A stretch of DNA of 64,000 nt, from the NCBI GenBank assembly GCA_041661305.1, contig JBAZUR010000002.1:10621-74620 (forward strand). Direction: 5' to 3'. This document shows, one piece after another, positions 37,301 through 47,960 of this stretch (within the stretch, counting starts at the first letter, position 1; each line of letters starts with the position of its first letter). This stretch comes from Minisyncoccota bacterium. GTDB lineage: Bacteria; Patescibacteriota; Minisyncoccia; Phycocordibacterales; VMEP01. The position numbers and the translations under genes were made by a program. The notes beneath the pieces are model-generated. The model was not told the DNA's origin. It did no database searches and saw only the letters and a list, made by a program, of their open reading frames with translations.

Positions 37301-37612
37301 TTATTGTAGCAACTCAGCTTCTATCCCTTTAACCTCAGCGCTTGTACTAGCGAGAGAATCAAGAGACTGCAAATCTGCTTCAGCTTGAGTAACATCTTCT
37401 GTCGGAAGCGTGGCAGTATTTTCTGTTGGTATAGAAGGAGTAGGTGTAATACCACTAGATTGCCAAACATAATATCCTCCAACGGCGAGAACTAATACGA
37501 TAATGATAATTGCGATTATTCCGCCAACTCCAGCCTTCTCTTCTGGAGCTGGAGTGATTGGGGCTGGATTCATTTCTTGGCTAATCTGGTTTATTTCATT
37601 TACTGGGTCCAT
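37301..37612 (-). CDS. Small single-pass membrane protein
   Basis: One TM helix, P/T-rich tail. Confidence 0.65.
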   Translation of the reverse strand: MDPVNEINQISQEMNPAPITPAPEEKAGVGGIIAIIIIVLVLAVGGYYVWQSSGITPTPSIPTENTATLPTEDVTQAEADLQSLDSLASTSAEVKGIEAELLQ

Positions 37613-37648
37613 GTTTTTGTTTTTTTATTAATAAAGGCTACTTAAGTT

Positions 37649-38632
37649 TTATTGTGTTTGGGTTGTTGTTGCGGTTGCAGAGGTTGTTGTCGCGACTGGC
37701 GCACTCTGTTTTTGAGGAGATAGTTTTCTAACTGCTGGTATTACGTTGATACTTAAGTCTTTTCTGGTCTCCTCAATTGCGTTACCTGCTTCATCAGCAG
37801 ATTTCTTCAATTGTTCTGTAGCGGACTTGATACTTTCCTTTGTCACTGTTCCAGAAAGTGAAGAAGCCAACGTTTTTGTTGATGTTACTTTTTGAGTAGC
37901 AATATCGATTTTACTTTGGGCGACAGAGAAGAGTGCTCTTGCGTCTGTTGTGTTTATTCCGTTCTTTTCAAAATTAACCAAGACGCGTTCGAGAGTACTC
38001 TCAGCTCTTGTGATAGCTTCGATTCGAGCGTTTAGGCTATTTATTCTTGTTTCAAAATAACCACGACTAAGCTCAACTCTTTTCTCGGCCAAATTATTGT
38101 TAGCTTCTTTTCTTGCAACAGTTGATGTGGCTTTTTTAAGACCCTCTCTAATGTTTTTTATTCCATCATGGACGCCTTTGGCTTGTTCCCGTGCTTTTTC
38201 AAAGGCTTCTTTTGCATTTTCATACGCATCTTTTTTTGCTTCACGTGCATTTTCATACGCATCTTTTCTTGCCTCTCTAATTCTCTCCAGCTCTTCTTTT
38301 GTGGCTTGAGATGGACTTGAGGTTCCTAAAATTGTGCGAATATTTTGACGAGAATCTTTGGCCTGTTCGCGTGCATTTTCTTGCGCATCCTTAAATGTTT
38401 CTCGTGCATTTTCCTGCTGTTTTTTTAATGCCTCACGTTTTGCTTCTTGTGCTCTTTTTAATTCTTCAAAAGCGGCCTGCTTAGCTTTAATTGAGTCTGG
38501 CGTTTCAGATGGTTGTGTCGTTGAAACAGCTGAAACAGATGTGACTGCTGGTACAGCAGTTGTTTCCTCAGCAAAAGCTACTGAAACAAAAACTAAACTG
38601 AACGCTAATACGGAAATAATTTTTTTATTCAT
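37649..38632 (-). CDS. Secreted coiled-coil protein with 11-aa repeats
   Basis: Signal peptide; EARKDAYENAR/EAKKDAYENAK repeats. Confidence 0.7.
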   Translation of the reverse strand: MNKKIISVLAFSLVFVSVAFAEETTAVPAVTSVSAVSTTQPSETPDSIKAKQAAFEELKRAQEAKREALKKQQENARETFKDAQENAREQAKDSRQNIRTILGTSSPSQATKEELERIREARKDAYENAREAKKDAYENAKEAFEKAREQAKGVHDGIKNIREGLKKATSTVARKEANNNLAEKRVELSRGYFETRINSLNARIEAITRAESTLERVLVNFEKNGINTTDARALFSVAQSKIDIATQKVTSTKTLASSLSGTVTKESIKSATEQLKKSADEAGNAIEETRKDLSINVIPAVRKLSPQKQSAPVATTTSATATTTQTQ

Positions 38633-38744
38633 AAAATGTAAATATTATTAATAATTAACAATGAAATCGATTGTCGTTAAGTATAGCAAAAAAGAGCTAT
38701 CTTAGTGATAGCTCTTTTTTGTGGAAAAGTATTAATCTCTAGAA

Positions 38745-39275
38745 TTACTCTATTTTGCCGTATTTTTCTTGATACAATTCAACCGAACGATCAAAAGCTT
38801 CCATTGCTTTGTTTTTGTCTTGCCAGTCACCAACAGTTACTTTTTTATTCTGCAATTCTTTATAAACAGTAAAAAAGTGTTTTATTTCTTCGAGTAGGTG
38901 CGGTTCGATGCTGTCGATATTGAGTGTATTTGCAAATCTTGGGTCATCTGCTGGAACAGCGAGTATTTTTGCGTCATCATCACCACCGTCGTTCATAGGC
39001 AAAACGCCTAACGGGCGAGCCTTTACAAGACACCCTGGAATAAAAGCTTCATGAGCGATAACCAAAACGTCGAGTGGGTCTCCATCATCCCAAAGAGTAT
39101 TTGGAACAAATCCATAATTTGCCGGATAGTGCATTGGGGAATACAGAACGCGATCAAATTTAATCAGTCCTGTTTCTTTGTCGAGCTCATATTTAACGCG
39201 AGAAAGTTTTGGGATTTCAACAACCACGTTCATATGTTCTTTTGTCCCAGGTTTTACGTCATGCCAAATGTTCAT
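38745..39275 (-). CDS. ppa: Inorganic pyrophosphatase
   Basis: KYELDK, YPANYGF, DGDPLDV. Confidence 0.96.
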   Translation of the reverse strand: MNIWHDVKPGTKEHMNVVVEIPKLSRVKYELDKETGLIKFDRVLYSPMHYPANYGFVPNTLWDDGDPLDVLVIAHEAFIPGCLVKARPLGVLPMNDGGDDDAKILAVPADDPRFANTLNIDSIEPHLLEEIKHFFTVYKELQNKKVTVGDWQDKNKAMEAFDRSVELYQEKYGKIE

Positions 39276-39323
39276 GTTTTTAAAGGTTATTTTTAAGGTT
39301 TTATTTTGTTGAGCGAGAATCCT

Positions 39324-40556
39324 TTATTCTAACACCTCTTTTAGTGGTTCTTCTTCTCCTGGAATGTTTTCTGGTGCGCCAAATTCAGCTTTTGCATCGT
39401 CGGACATTTCGATAACATCACCGTCTGTTTTTAAGATTTCTTCTCCCTTAGTACTAACAATATCTATTCTCCAGCCGGTTAGTTTGTTTGCGAGGCGGAC
39501 ATTTTGACCACCCTTACCGATAGCAAGCGACAATTGATCCTCCGAAACTTCAACGCGTGCTTGGCGCTCTGTTTCGTCGATTAGAACACTAGTAACTCGT
39601 GCTGGGGACAAAGCATCAGCAACAAAGCGCTTTGGGTCTTCTGACCATTCAATAATGTCTATTTTTTCTCCAGAAAGTTCTTGAATAACAGTTGATACAC
39701 GAACTCCACGTTGTCCAACACAGGCTCCAATAGGATCTACGTGCTGGTCTGTCGAAGAAACTGCAATTTTTGAGCGTGAGCCAGCTTCGCGAGCAACAGC
39801 TTTGATCAAAACAACGTCGTTGGCAATTTCTGGAGACTCTAATTTAAAGAGTTCTTCAATAAAACGAGGGTGGGTACGTGATAGTTTTATGTTAATTCCA
39901 CGAGGTGTTTCCTCAACTGCATATAAGTAAGCTCGAATACGTTCGCCACGGCGATAAAATTCACCAGGGATTTGTTCTTCCATTGGTAAAATAGCCGTTG
40001 TTCTTCCGAGGTCTAAGAAAGCGTTTCCGCGCTCTATTCTCTGAACGATTCCAGAGATAATTGTTCCTTGCTTGTCTGAGTACTCCTCCAAAACAGAGAA
40101 TTTTTCAGCTTCTCTAATGCGCTGAATGATAACTTGCTTGGCGCTTTGTGCGGCGATTCGGCCGTAATCATCTTTTGTTTCAAGAGGAAACACTATCTCT
40201 TCGCCCAAAACAGCATCCTTTTTTATTTTCTTAGCATCTTCAAGGAAAATATGGTGCTCAGGATTATAGCGCTCGCGGATGTCTTCAGAATCCTTTATTT
40301 TCTCTTCCTCTGAAGCATCTTCTGGAATAGGGTCTTTAACAGTTGTTTCGTCGGCAATTATTTTTACCTGGAGAAAATCTGTTGAACCAGTGTCCAAGTC
40401 AAAATGAGCCCGAACAATCTGGCCTTTTTTCCCGTAATCACGACGATAAGCCGCAGCAAGGGCTTGTTCAATAGCGTCTATTATTTTCTCTCTTGGAATT
40501 TTACGCTCTTCCTCAAGTTGCTCGAGAGCTGATTTTAAAACCTTTAAATCCATCAT
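39324..40556 (-). CDS. nusA: Transcription termination factor NusA
   Basis: GRIAAQSAKQ, AREAGSRSKIAV, AIGKGGQNVRLA. Confidence 0.97.
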   Translation of the reverse strand: MMDLKVLKSALEQLEEERKIPREKIIDAIEQALAAAYRRDYGKKGQIVRAHFDLDTGSTDFLQVKIIADETTVKDPIPEDASEEEKIKDSEDIRERYNPEHHIFLEDAKKIKKDAVLGEEIVFPLETKDDYGRIAAQSAKQVIIQRIREAEKFSVLEEYSDKQGTIISGIVQRIERGNAFLDLGRTTAILPMEEQIPGEFYRRGERIRAYLYAVEETPRGINIKLSRTHPRFIEELFKLESPEIANDVVLIKAVAREAGSRSKIAVSSTDQHVDPIGACVGQRGVRVSTVIQELSGEKIDIIEWSEDPKRFVADALSPARVTSVLIDETERQARVEVSEDQLSLAIGKGGQNVRLANKLTGWRIDIVSTKGEEILKTDGDVIEMSDDAKAEFGAPENIPGEEEPLKEVLE

Positions 40557-40699
40557 ATAGTAGATAATTCTTTAAATTTTTTGATAAAAAAATGCCCGTT
40601 TTTGACGGACTTGTTACTTGTTGAATGATACCAGTTTTTCCAAAAAAAGCAAATTTGGTGTATCTTATGCTCTGGTGATTCAAGCCCCTCTACAAAGGA

Positions 40700-41062
40700 G
40701 TGATATTGATGATTAAGTTCTTTGTTTCTGTCGTTATGATGGTGGTCGGAGTTTCTGCGTTTGCATTACCACCTTGGACCGGCGTTGAGGGTCCCGATGG
40801 AATTGTTGGCAAAATTCCTTTTACTGTTAAGTCAAACACGTTGCTAATTTCTTTCGACGCTTGGAGTTGCGTGATTAAGAAAACTGAAGAGGGAAGAATA
40901 GCAATGCGTTGCGTACATCCAATAGAAGGAGTTCAGGATTTTTCTGGAAGGGAGTATTTAATAAAGCGGTGTCCAGATAGTCCAGCTTACGTAAAATGGA
41001 AAAGCGGTAATAGTATCGACCCAGAATACTTCCTTCATTTATATAAAGAAGGATGTGGTTAG
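40700..41062 (+). CDS. ORFan secreted Cys-containing protein (start may be 40706 or 40709)
   Basis: AAGGAG SD, signal peptide, downstream terminator. Confidence 0.6.
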   Translation: MILMIKFFVSVVMMVVGVSAFALPPWTGVEGPDGIVGKIPFTVKSNTLLISFDAWSCVIKKTEEGRIAMRCVHPIEGVQDFSGREYLIKRCPDSPAYVKWKSGNSIDPEYFLHLYKEGCG

Positions 41063-41191
41063 AATACCCCAGAAGTTAGTGGTTCTTTTTTGAATCAACA
41101 CTGAGGGGTATTTTTTTTGTATAAATTTTTCAAAGAGGAAATGCACACACGTTTTCGTTAAATCTTGCTATAATTTAAAGAACATTCTTCA

Positions 41192-42943
41192 ATGAACCTT
41201 GACGAAGCACAATTAAAAAAATTTATTCTTGATTCTGGTCTTGTTTCGCGTGCGGACATGGAGGCCATTGAGAAAAAATTTAAGAAAAAAGGACAGTCAC
41301 TTAGTGACGCACTTCTTTCTGAGGGAAAAATATCAGAAAATGATTTAAAAAGAACAGAAGCATACATCCTCGGAATACCATATATAAGTTTGAAGGGAGA
41401 AAAAATAGAGTTCTCAGTTCTTTCTTTAATCCCTGAACCAGTAGCAAGGCATCATAATATTGTTTCTTATAAAAAAACTGCGACAGAACTCGAGGTCGCT
41501 ATGCTTGATGCTGATGACCTTGAGGCAATAGAGTTTATTAAAAAGAAAACAGGATTAAAAATTTTGCCACGCCTAACAGATACAGAGTCTATTAAAGGAG
41601 TACTTCTTCAGTATCAAAAAAGTCTTAAGGCGGAGTTTGATGACATTATTCAAAAAGAGGCGAGTACTCTAAAGCTTATTGCAGAGGATGGTGGTGAAGA
41701 TATTTCGGAAAAAGAATTAAAAAAGCTTGCTGAAGATTTGCCTGTTGTGCGTATTGTCGACACGCTTTTAAATCACGCCATTATTCAAGATGCTTCCGAT
41801 ATCCATATCGAGCCTCAAGATGGTCAGCTTTTGGTGCGTTATCGTGTGGACGGAATTTTACGCGACGCAATGGTTTTACCAAAAACAGCAGGACCTGGAA
41901 TTGTTGCGCGTATAAAAGTTCTTTCAAATCTAAAGCTGGACGAAAAACGTCTTCCCCAAGACGGACGATTTAAAATAAATTTAAGCGACCAGAATGTTTC
42001 TTTTCGTGTTTCAACACTGCCAACTTATTTTGGTGAAAAGACAGTCATGCGCCTTTTGAAAGAGTCTGTTTCCGGTTTTACACTTGAAGGACTTGGTTTT
42101 CATGGCGACGGACTTGAGCAGATTCATTCTGCTACACGACAAACAGTTGGAATGATTTTGGCGACAGGACCTACTGGTTCTGGAAAAACAACAACTCTGT
42201 ATACAATTTTGGATATTGTTAATACCCCAGATGTAAATATCTCAACAGTCGAAGATCCAATTGAATATCAAATGAAGCGTATTAATCAGACGCAAGTTAA
42301 GCCAGAAATTGGTCTCACTTTTGCAAATGGTTTACGTTCCCTCGTTCGACAAGACCCAGACATCATTATGGTGGGGGAAATTCGAGACAACGAAACAGCC
42401 TCACTCGCCATTAATGCAGCTTTAACCGGACACCTTGTCCTCTCGACACTCCACACCAACTCCGCAGCTGGAGCCATGCCACGTTTACTTGAGATGGGAG
42501 TAGAGCCGTTTCTTCTGACATCGACCCTCGATGTTGTTTTAGCTCAGCGATTGGTCCGCAGACTTTGTTCCCAAAAAGAAAAATACAATCTTTCTGATTT
42601 GGAGTTACGTAATTTAGGGAAGTTGGTTGACCTTGAGCGAATGCTTAAGTTTTTACGTGAGGAAAAAATTATTGGACCGAAAGATGGTTGGGATAAGGTA
42701 TCTTTTTATAAACCAATGAAGTCGGCAGAATGTGAAGAAGGGTACAAGGGGCGAATCGGAATACACGAAGTGCTTAAGGTGACCCCGACGATTAAAGAAC
42801 TTATCTTAAAAGGCGCGACTTCGGACGAAATTGAATCGCAGGCAAAAAAGGAGGGAATGATGACAATGCTTGAGGACGGAATATTTTTTGCGGCACAGGG
42901 TGTTACAACGATTGAAGAGGTTTTGCGTGTCGTCTCGGAATAA
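41192..42943 (+). CDS. pilB: Type IV pilus assembly ATPase PilB/GspE
   Basis: ASDIHIEP, PQDGR, GPTGSGKTT, RQDPD..GEIRD, TLHTN. Confidence 0.92.
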   Translation: MNLDEAQLKKFILDSGLVSRADMEAIEKKFKKKGQSLSDALLSEGKISENDLKRTEAYILGIPYISLKGEKIEFSVLSLIPEPVARHHNIVSYKKTATELEVAMLDADDLEAIEFIKKKTGLKILPRLTDTESIKGVLLQYQKSLKAEFDDIIQKEASTLKLIAEDGGEDISEKELKKLAEDLPVVRIVDTLLNHAIIQDASDIHIEPQDGQLLVRYRVDGILRDAMVLPKTAGPGIVARIKVLSNLKLDEKRLPQDGRFKINLSDQNVSFRVSTLPTYFGEKTVMRLLKESVSGFTLEGLGFHGDGLEQIHSATRQTVGMILATGPTGSGKTTTLYTILDIVNTPDVNISTVEDPIEYQMKRINQTQVKPEIGLTFANGLRSLVRQDPDIIMVGEIRDNETASLAINAALTGHLVLSTLHTNSAAGAMPRLLEMGVEPFLLTSTLDVVLAQRLVRRLCSQKEKYNLSDLELRNLGKLVDLERMLKFLREEKIIGPKDGWDKVSFYKPMKSAECEEGYKGRIGIHEVLKVTPTIKELILKGATSDEIESQAKKEGMMTMLEDGIFFAAQGVTTIEEVLRVVSE

Positions 42944-42951
42944 TTTAAATA

Positions 42952-44166
42952 ATGAGATTTTTTTATAAAGCAAAAACTGAGAAAGGCGTAATTGAAAACG
43001 GCTATTTAGAAGCTCCTGATCAGATTTCATTGGAGGGTATTTTACGCGAACGGAAACAAACTTTGGTTTTTGTTAGGGAAGAAAAAAAGTTGGCGTTTTT
43101 TGATATTACGACCCTTAATAACATGTTTGTTTTTGTGAAGCTTCATGACAAGATTATTTTTACAAGAAATCTTTCCGTGATGCTTTCGGCTGGGCTACCA
43201 CTCGCAAGATCACTGAGTATTTTGGGGAAGCAAACAAAAAATTATAAGTTTAAGATTGCCTTAGATAGCTTACTTGAGGATATTAATTCTGGAATGGGAT
43301 TGAGTGATGGAATGAAAAAGTTCCCAGCAATTTTCTCTAACCTTTTTGTATCTATGGTTAAAGCAGGAGAAGAGTCTGGTAGTTTGCCACAAGCTTTGCG
43401 TTCTGTTGGTGAGCAGTTGGATCGAACTTATACAATAAATAGAAAAGTAAGAGGAGCTCTTACTTATCCAGCGATAATCCTAATTGCGATTTTTGGAATT
43501 GCTATCTTGATGCTTATCTATGTTGTTCCTACTATTACGAAAACATTTGCCGATTTACATGTCGAGCTTCCTGGAAGCACTCAGTTTATAATTAATATTA
43601 GTTCTTTTCTGGTTAATCACACTACTACGTTTATTCTAGGGTTAGCTGGTTTCATTATGGCAGCTTACTTTGCGATAAAATCACGACGTGGAGGAATAGT
43701 TGTGAGTTTTATCGCGATGAAATTTCCTGTTATTGGAACAATTGTTCAAGAATTTAATTCGGCCAGAGCAGCGAGAACACTATCGTCACTCTTTTCTTCC
43801 GGGGTCCCTGTTCAACAAGCAATTTCAATTGCTGCAGATGTTATGCAAAATGTTTACTTTAAGGCGGTGCTTGTTGAAGCCGGGGAAAAAGTAGAAAAAG
43901 GAGCAACTCTATCCTCTGTTTTTAAAAGTCACTCCAATCTTTATCCAGTTATTGTGGGAGAAATGATTGAGGTTGGAGAGGAGACAGGAAAGCTTGCGGA
44001 GATGCTTATGAACGTAGCTGTTTTTTATGAAGAAGAGGTTGAGGCTGCTACAAAAGATTTGTCTACAATAATAGAGCCACTTCTAATGATTGTGATTGGA
44101 GCAGCTGTTGGTTTCTTTGCAGTTTCTATGATTACACCGATGTATTCCGTTATGTCAGGAATTTAA
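42952..44166 (+). CDS. pilC: Type IV pilus platform protein PilC/GspF
   Basis: AGEESGSL, YP, GEETGKL, IEP. Confidence 0.92.
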   Translation: MRFFYKAKTEKGVIENGYLEAPDQISLEGILRERKQTLVFVREEKKLAFFDITTLNNMFVFVKLHDKIIFTRNLSVMLSAGLPLARSLSILGKQTKNYKFKIALDSLLEDINSGMGLSDGMKKFPAIFSNLFVSMVKAGEESGSLPQALRSVGEQLDRTYTINRKVRGALTYPAIILIAIFGIAILMLIYVVPTITKTFADLHVELPGSTQFIINISSFLVNHTTTFILGLAGFIMAAYFAIKSRRGGIVVSFIAMKFPVIGTIVQEFNSARAARTLSSLFSSGVPVQQAISIAADVMQNVYFKAVLVEAGEKVEKGATLSSVFKSHSNLYPVIVGEMIEVGEETGKLAEMLMNVAVFYEEEVEAATKDLSTIIEPLLMIVIGAAVGFFAVSMITPMYSVMSGI

Positions 44167-44206
44167 GGGGAAGATTAAGACGTGGTTTCGAGTTTAAATT
44201 TTGTTA

Positions 44207-44692
44207 ATGAAAATATTCACACAACAATTAAAGAAGAACAAAAAAGGATTTACCTTAACAGAACTCCTTGTCGTAATCGCTGTTATGGCACTTATCGGGA
44301 GTATTGTTTGGGGAGGATTGTCTAACTACAGAGATGTTCAAGCTCTTCAAAGCACTACTGACGTAATTGTTGCAACATTAGGCGAGGCTCGTTCACGGGC
44401 TATTTCTTCTGTGGAGGCAATACAGTACGGAGTGCACTTTGAAGAAAAAAGTATTGTTATGTTTGAGGGGAGTCAGTACTCAGCTTCTAGCGCAAGCAAC
44501 ACAACGACTGTTTTGAGTAACGCAATTTCCGTCTCCTCAAGTGGACTAACCTCATCATCAACCGAAATTGTTTTTGAAAAAATTACAGGAAAAGGAAGCG
44601 CTTCAGGACAGATAACAGTGTCTTTGTCGGCAAATGAAGATAAAAACTTTGTGATTATTGTTGAACCAATCGGGATTGCGTATCGAAAATAA
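44207..44692 (+). CDS. Type IV prepilin-like protein
   Basis: KKG-FTLTELLVVIAV. Confidence 0.88.
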   Translation: MKIFTQQLKKNKKGFTLTELLVVIAVMALIGSIVWGGLSNYRDVQALQSTTDVIVATLGEARSRAISSVEAIQYGVHFEEKSIVMFEGSQYSASSASNTTTVLSNAISVSSSGLTSSSTEIVFEKITGKGSASGQITVSLSANEDKNFVIIVEPIGIAYRK

Positions 44693-44695
44693 AAA

Positions 44696-45178
44696 ATGAC
44701 AAGAAATTTTAAAAAAATGAATGGCTTTGGTTTGATTGAGGTTGTTATTGGAATAGCAATAATTTCTACTTCTCTATTTGCGATTATGTCAGCGGCAAGA
44801 GGAGCTCTTGATTTAAATCGCCGAACGATCGCAGATATTAAAAGTAAGTTTGTTTTAGACGAGGGGAGTGAGGTGTTACGCTTTATGCGAGATAACGCGT
44901 GGAATAATATTGGCGGACTTTCCACTTCAACTGTTTATTACTTAGCAACAACGACAACCGGTTGGATAGCAACAACATCTCCTCAAATGATTGACGGAAC
45001 TTTTTTGAGAATTTTTAAGATTGAAGATGTTTCCCGTGGGCCCGACGGTAAAATTTCTGAAAATGGAAGCTATGATAGTGGTACAAAAAAAATTACAGTT
45101 TCAGTTTCGTTCAAAGATCGTTTTAGTACAACAACAAAACAAACCATATTTTACTTAACTGATATTTTTAGCGATTGA
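44696..45178 (+). CDS. Minor pilin (PilV-like)
   Basis: NG-FGLIEVVIGIAI. Confidence 0.85.
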   Translation: MTRNFKKMNGFGLIEVVIGIAIISTSLFAIMSAARGALDLNRRTIADIKSKFVLDEGSEVLRFMRDNAWNNIGGLSTSTVYYLATTTTGWIATTSPQMIDGTFLRIFKIEDVSRGPDGKISENGSYDSGTKKITVSVSFKDRFSTTTKQTIFYLTDIFSD

Positions 45179-45179
45179 T

Positions 45180-45695
45180 ATGAAAATAGGGAAAAAAAAT
45201 AATTCTGGAGGATATACTTTGGCGGAAATGCTGGGGTATCTTTTTGCTCTCAGTATTATTTCTGTTTTAGTCATCAATTCTCTTTTGTTGTTGGCAAAAG
45301 CTTTTGTTTCTATGAAAACATCGCGAGCGATTGGAACAAGCGCGGTTGTTTCCATTGACCAGATAACAAAAGAAATAAGAAGTGCGGAAAGTGTTTCTCC
45401 TTTGAGTGTTTTAAAAACAAGTCCTGGTAAATTAGTTTTGATTATGCCAGAAGGGTCGCCAACAACTACTGTTGAATTTTCTTTAGGGAATTCAAACGCG
45501 CTTCACAAATTTGAAAATGGTATTGACCAAGGTGTTTTAATCGCAACAGGTACCGATATTTCCAATTTAGTTTTTAACGTAGCAACAACAACTAAGAGTA
45601 CTGCCGTATCTGTTGAAATGACAATCCGTGACAGCACAGAAAAAACCAAAATAATCGAAAGGTTTTATGGAACTGCGACAGTTAGAACTTATTAA
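45180..45695 (+). CDS. Minor pilin (PilW-like)
   Basis: GG-YTLAEMLGY. Confidence 0.82.
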   Translation: MKIGKKNNSGGYTLAEMLGYLFALSIISVLVINSLLLLAKAFVSMKTSRAIGTSAVVSIDQITKEIRSAESVSPLSVLKTSPGKLVLIMPEGSPTTTVEFSLGNSNALHKFENGIDQGVLIATGTDISNLVFNVATTTKSTAVSVEMTIRDSTEKTKIIERFYGTATVRTY

Positions 45696-45701
45696 TATAA
45701 A

Positions 45702-45825
45702 TAGGACATACACAAATGGCGCATTTCTTTGTCATTCTGCGGAAAATGTCGTTCAGTGTATACTTAATACACATCAATCCATTCTCCTTGAACTCCTCGA
45801 ACTGCATCCATTTGAGTAAGTCCTA
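45702..45825. repeat. Intergenic rod-like imperfect palindrome
   Basis: 18-bp terminal IR (16/18), inner stems, apical gtgtat/atacac. Confidence 0.6.
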
Positions 45826-45838
45826 ATAAAATATAAAA

Positions 45839-47140
45839 ATGGAAAAAAGAATTAATTTTAAAGATCAAAGAGGGCAGGCGGTACTTACTGTAGTGGTTTT
45901 CCTCCTTTCCATTGGAATGTCGATTATTTACGGAGTAGTTTCTCCAACACTAAAACAATCAGCTGTTGCTGAAAATTTCATACAGTCAGGACAAAGTTAT
46001 GCTACGTCTGAGTCAGGTATTGAGGACGTTATTTATCGTTTGAAAAAAGGAATGCAAGTTGGGGCGACAGAAACTTTGGTTGTTGCAAGTTCTACGGCTA
46101 CAACGATAATTACTCCAATTGGTAGTAGTGAAAAATCTCTTTTTTCGTCGGGAGATAGTTTTAGAAGGATTCGTAACATAAGCGCTGGTTTGATTGTTTC
46201 AAATGGAATTTCTTTTAATTACGGATTGCAGGTTGGAAATGGTGGCTTTGAACTTGAAAATAGTTCAAAAATAATTGGCAATGTTTATTCTGGTGGAAAA
46301 ATTGAAGGGGAGAACAGTAACTTAATTGAAGGGGATGTTATTTCTTCTGGGGCAACCGGCCGTATTATTGGCGTAAACGCAACAGGAAATGTTTACGCAC
46401 ACTCAATTAGTGATTCTCTTGTTGGAAAAAACGCTTATTATCAAAATATTACGAACACGACAGTTACCGGAACAAAATACCCAGGAAGTCCTGATCAAGC
46501 CGATGTTCCTATGCCAATTCCTGATACAGTTGTTGAGTCTTGGGAGCAGGAAGCGGTGGCAGGTGGCATGATTAGTTCTCCATGTCCGTACAAAATCACC
46601 AGTAATAAAACGCTAGGCCCCGTAAAAATTACTTGTGATGTAGAAATTTCTGGTAGTCCAGTTATAACGCTTAATGGACCTGTTTGGGTTACTGGGAATA
46701 TATCTTTTACTAATAGTGCAATTATTAAGGTGGCTTCAGCTCTTGGGGCTAAAAGTGTGGTGGTGATAGCAGATAATCCGAGCAACAGAATAACCTCTAG
46801 TCAAATAGATATTGCCAACTCAAATACGTTTCAGGGTTCAGGGCAGAGTGGCTCGTACGTACTTTTGCTATCTCAAAATAATGCAGCTGAGTTGGGTGCG
46901 CCAAAAGGGGAAAATGTGGCAATTAATATACAAAATACCGCCGGCGGAGCACTTTTAGTTTATGCTGGGCACGGAGAGATACAACTTAATAACAGTGCAA
47001 GTTTGAAAGAGGTTACTGCCTTTAGGGTTCACGCAAAAAATACAGCGTCTGTAACTTACGAAACAGGACTTGCTTCACTTCTTTTTTCAAGCGGACCATC
47101 TGGTTCGTGGACAATTAAGGGTTGGAAAGAAGCTCAATAA
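45839..47140 (+). CDS. PilX-like minor pilin with beta-helix C-terminal domain
   Basis: RG-QAVLTVV (no Glu5), ESGIED, repetitive G-x-V-Y strands. Confidence 0.75.
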   Translation: MEKRINFKDQRGQAVLTVVVFLLSIGMSIIYGVVSPTLKQSAVAENFIQSGQSYATSESGIEDVIYRLKKGMQVGATETLVVASSTATTIITPIGSSEKSLFSSGDSFRRIRNISAGLIVSNGISFNYGLQVGNGGFELENSSKIIGNVYSGGKIEGENSNLIEGDVISSGATGRIIGVNATGNVYAHSISDSLVGKNAYYQNITNTTVTGTKYPGSPDQADVPMPIPDTVVESWEQEAVAGGMISSPCPYKITSNKTLGPVKITCDVEISGSPVITLNGPVWVTGNISFTNSAIIKVASALGAKSVVVIADNPSNRITSSQIDIANSNTFQGSGQSGSYVLLLSQNNAAELGAPKGENVAINIQNTAGGALLVYAGHGEIQLNNSASLKEVTAFRVHAKNTASVTYETGLASLLFSSGPSGSWTIKGWKEAQ

Positions 47141-47183
47141 AAATATTTTTAGCGGACAACAACCGTGTGCTACAATTAGGTGA

Positions 47184-47957
47184 ATGAAAAAACTAATTGT
47201 TGGTAATTGGAAGATGAATCCCGAAACAGCAGAAGAAGCTAAGCGGATTGCTAGTGGGATTGTTAAGTTTTCTAAAAATATTAAAAAAACAGAAGTTGTT
47301 GTTTGTCCACCAATACTTTTTATTTCCGCTGTAGCTGAGGCTTCAAAGAAAACCAAGGTTTCTATTGGGGCACAAGATGCTTTTTATGAACCAAAAGGGG
47401 CTTATACAGGTTCAATTTCCGTGGATATGTTGAAAAGGATTGGGGTTAAGTATGTAATTCTTGGTCATTCTGAAAGGCGGGAGCTTGGCGAGACAGATGA
47501 ACTAGTAAATAAAAAAATAAAAGTTTGTTTGAAAAATAACGTGACTCCAATTGTTTGCGTTGGGGAAAAAACACGCGATGCTCACGGGTATTACTTAGCT
47601 TTTATGAAAAAAGAAATCGAGCATTCTTTAGCTGGAATTAAAAGGAAAGATTTAAAAGATATTGTCATTGCTTATGAGCCTGTTTGGGCAGTAGGTAACA
47701 AGGCCCTTAAGGCAATTAGCGCAGAAGATCTTTCCGAAATGGTTATATATATAAAAAGAACACTTGCTGATTTGTTTGGACAAACAGCGGCCTTGTCTGT
47801 ACGAATTTTATATGGGGGTTCGGTAAACAAAGAAAATGCAGGAGAGTTTTTTTACGGTGGTGGTTTGAGTGGTCTACTTGTAGGAAGAGATAGTTTAGAT
47901 ATTAAAAAATTTGCGGATATAATCACTCTTACCGAAGAAGCAGCTTCAATGAAATAG
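47184..47957 (+). CDS. tpiA: Triosephosphate isomerase
   Basis: GNWKMN, GHSERR, AYEPVWA, YGGSV. Confidence 0.97.
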   Translation: MKKLIVGNWKMNPETAEEAKRIASGIVKFSKNIKKTEVVVCPPILFISAVAEASKKTKVSIGAQDAFYEPKGAYTGSISVDMLKRIGVKYVILGHSERRELGETDELVNKKIKVCLKNNVTPIVCVGEKTRDAHGYYLAFMKKEIEHSLAGIKRKDLKDIVIAYEPVWAVGNKALKAISAEDLSEMVIYIKRTLADLFGQTAALSVRILYGGSVNKENAGEFFYGGGLSGLLVGRDSLDIKKFADIITLTEEAASMK

Positions 47958-47960
47958 AAT

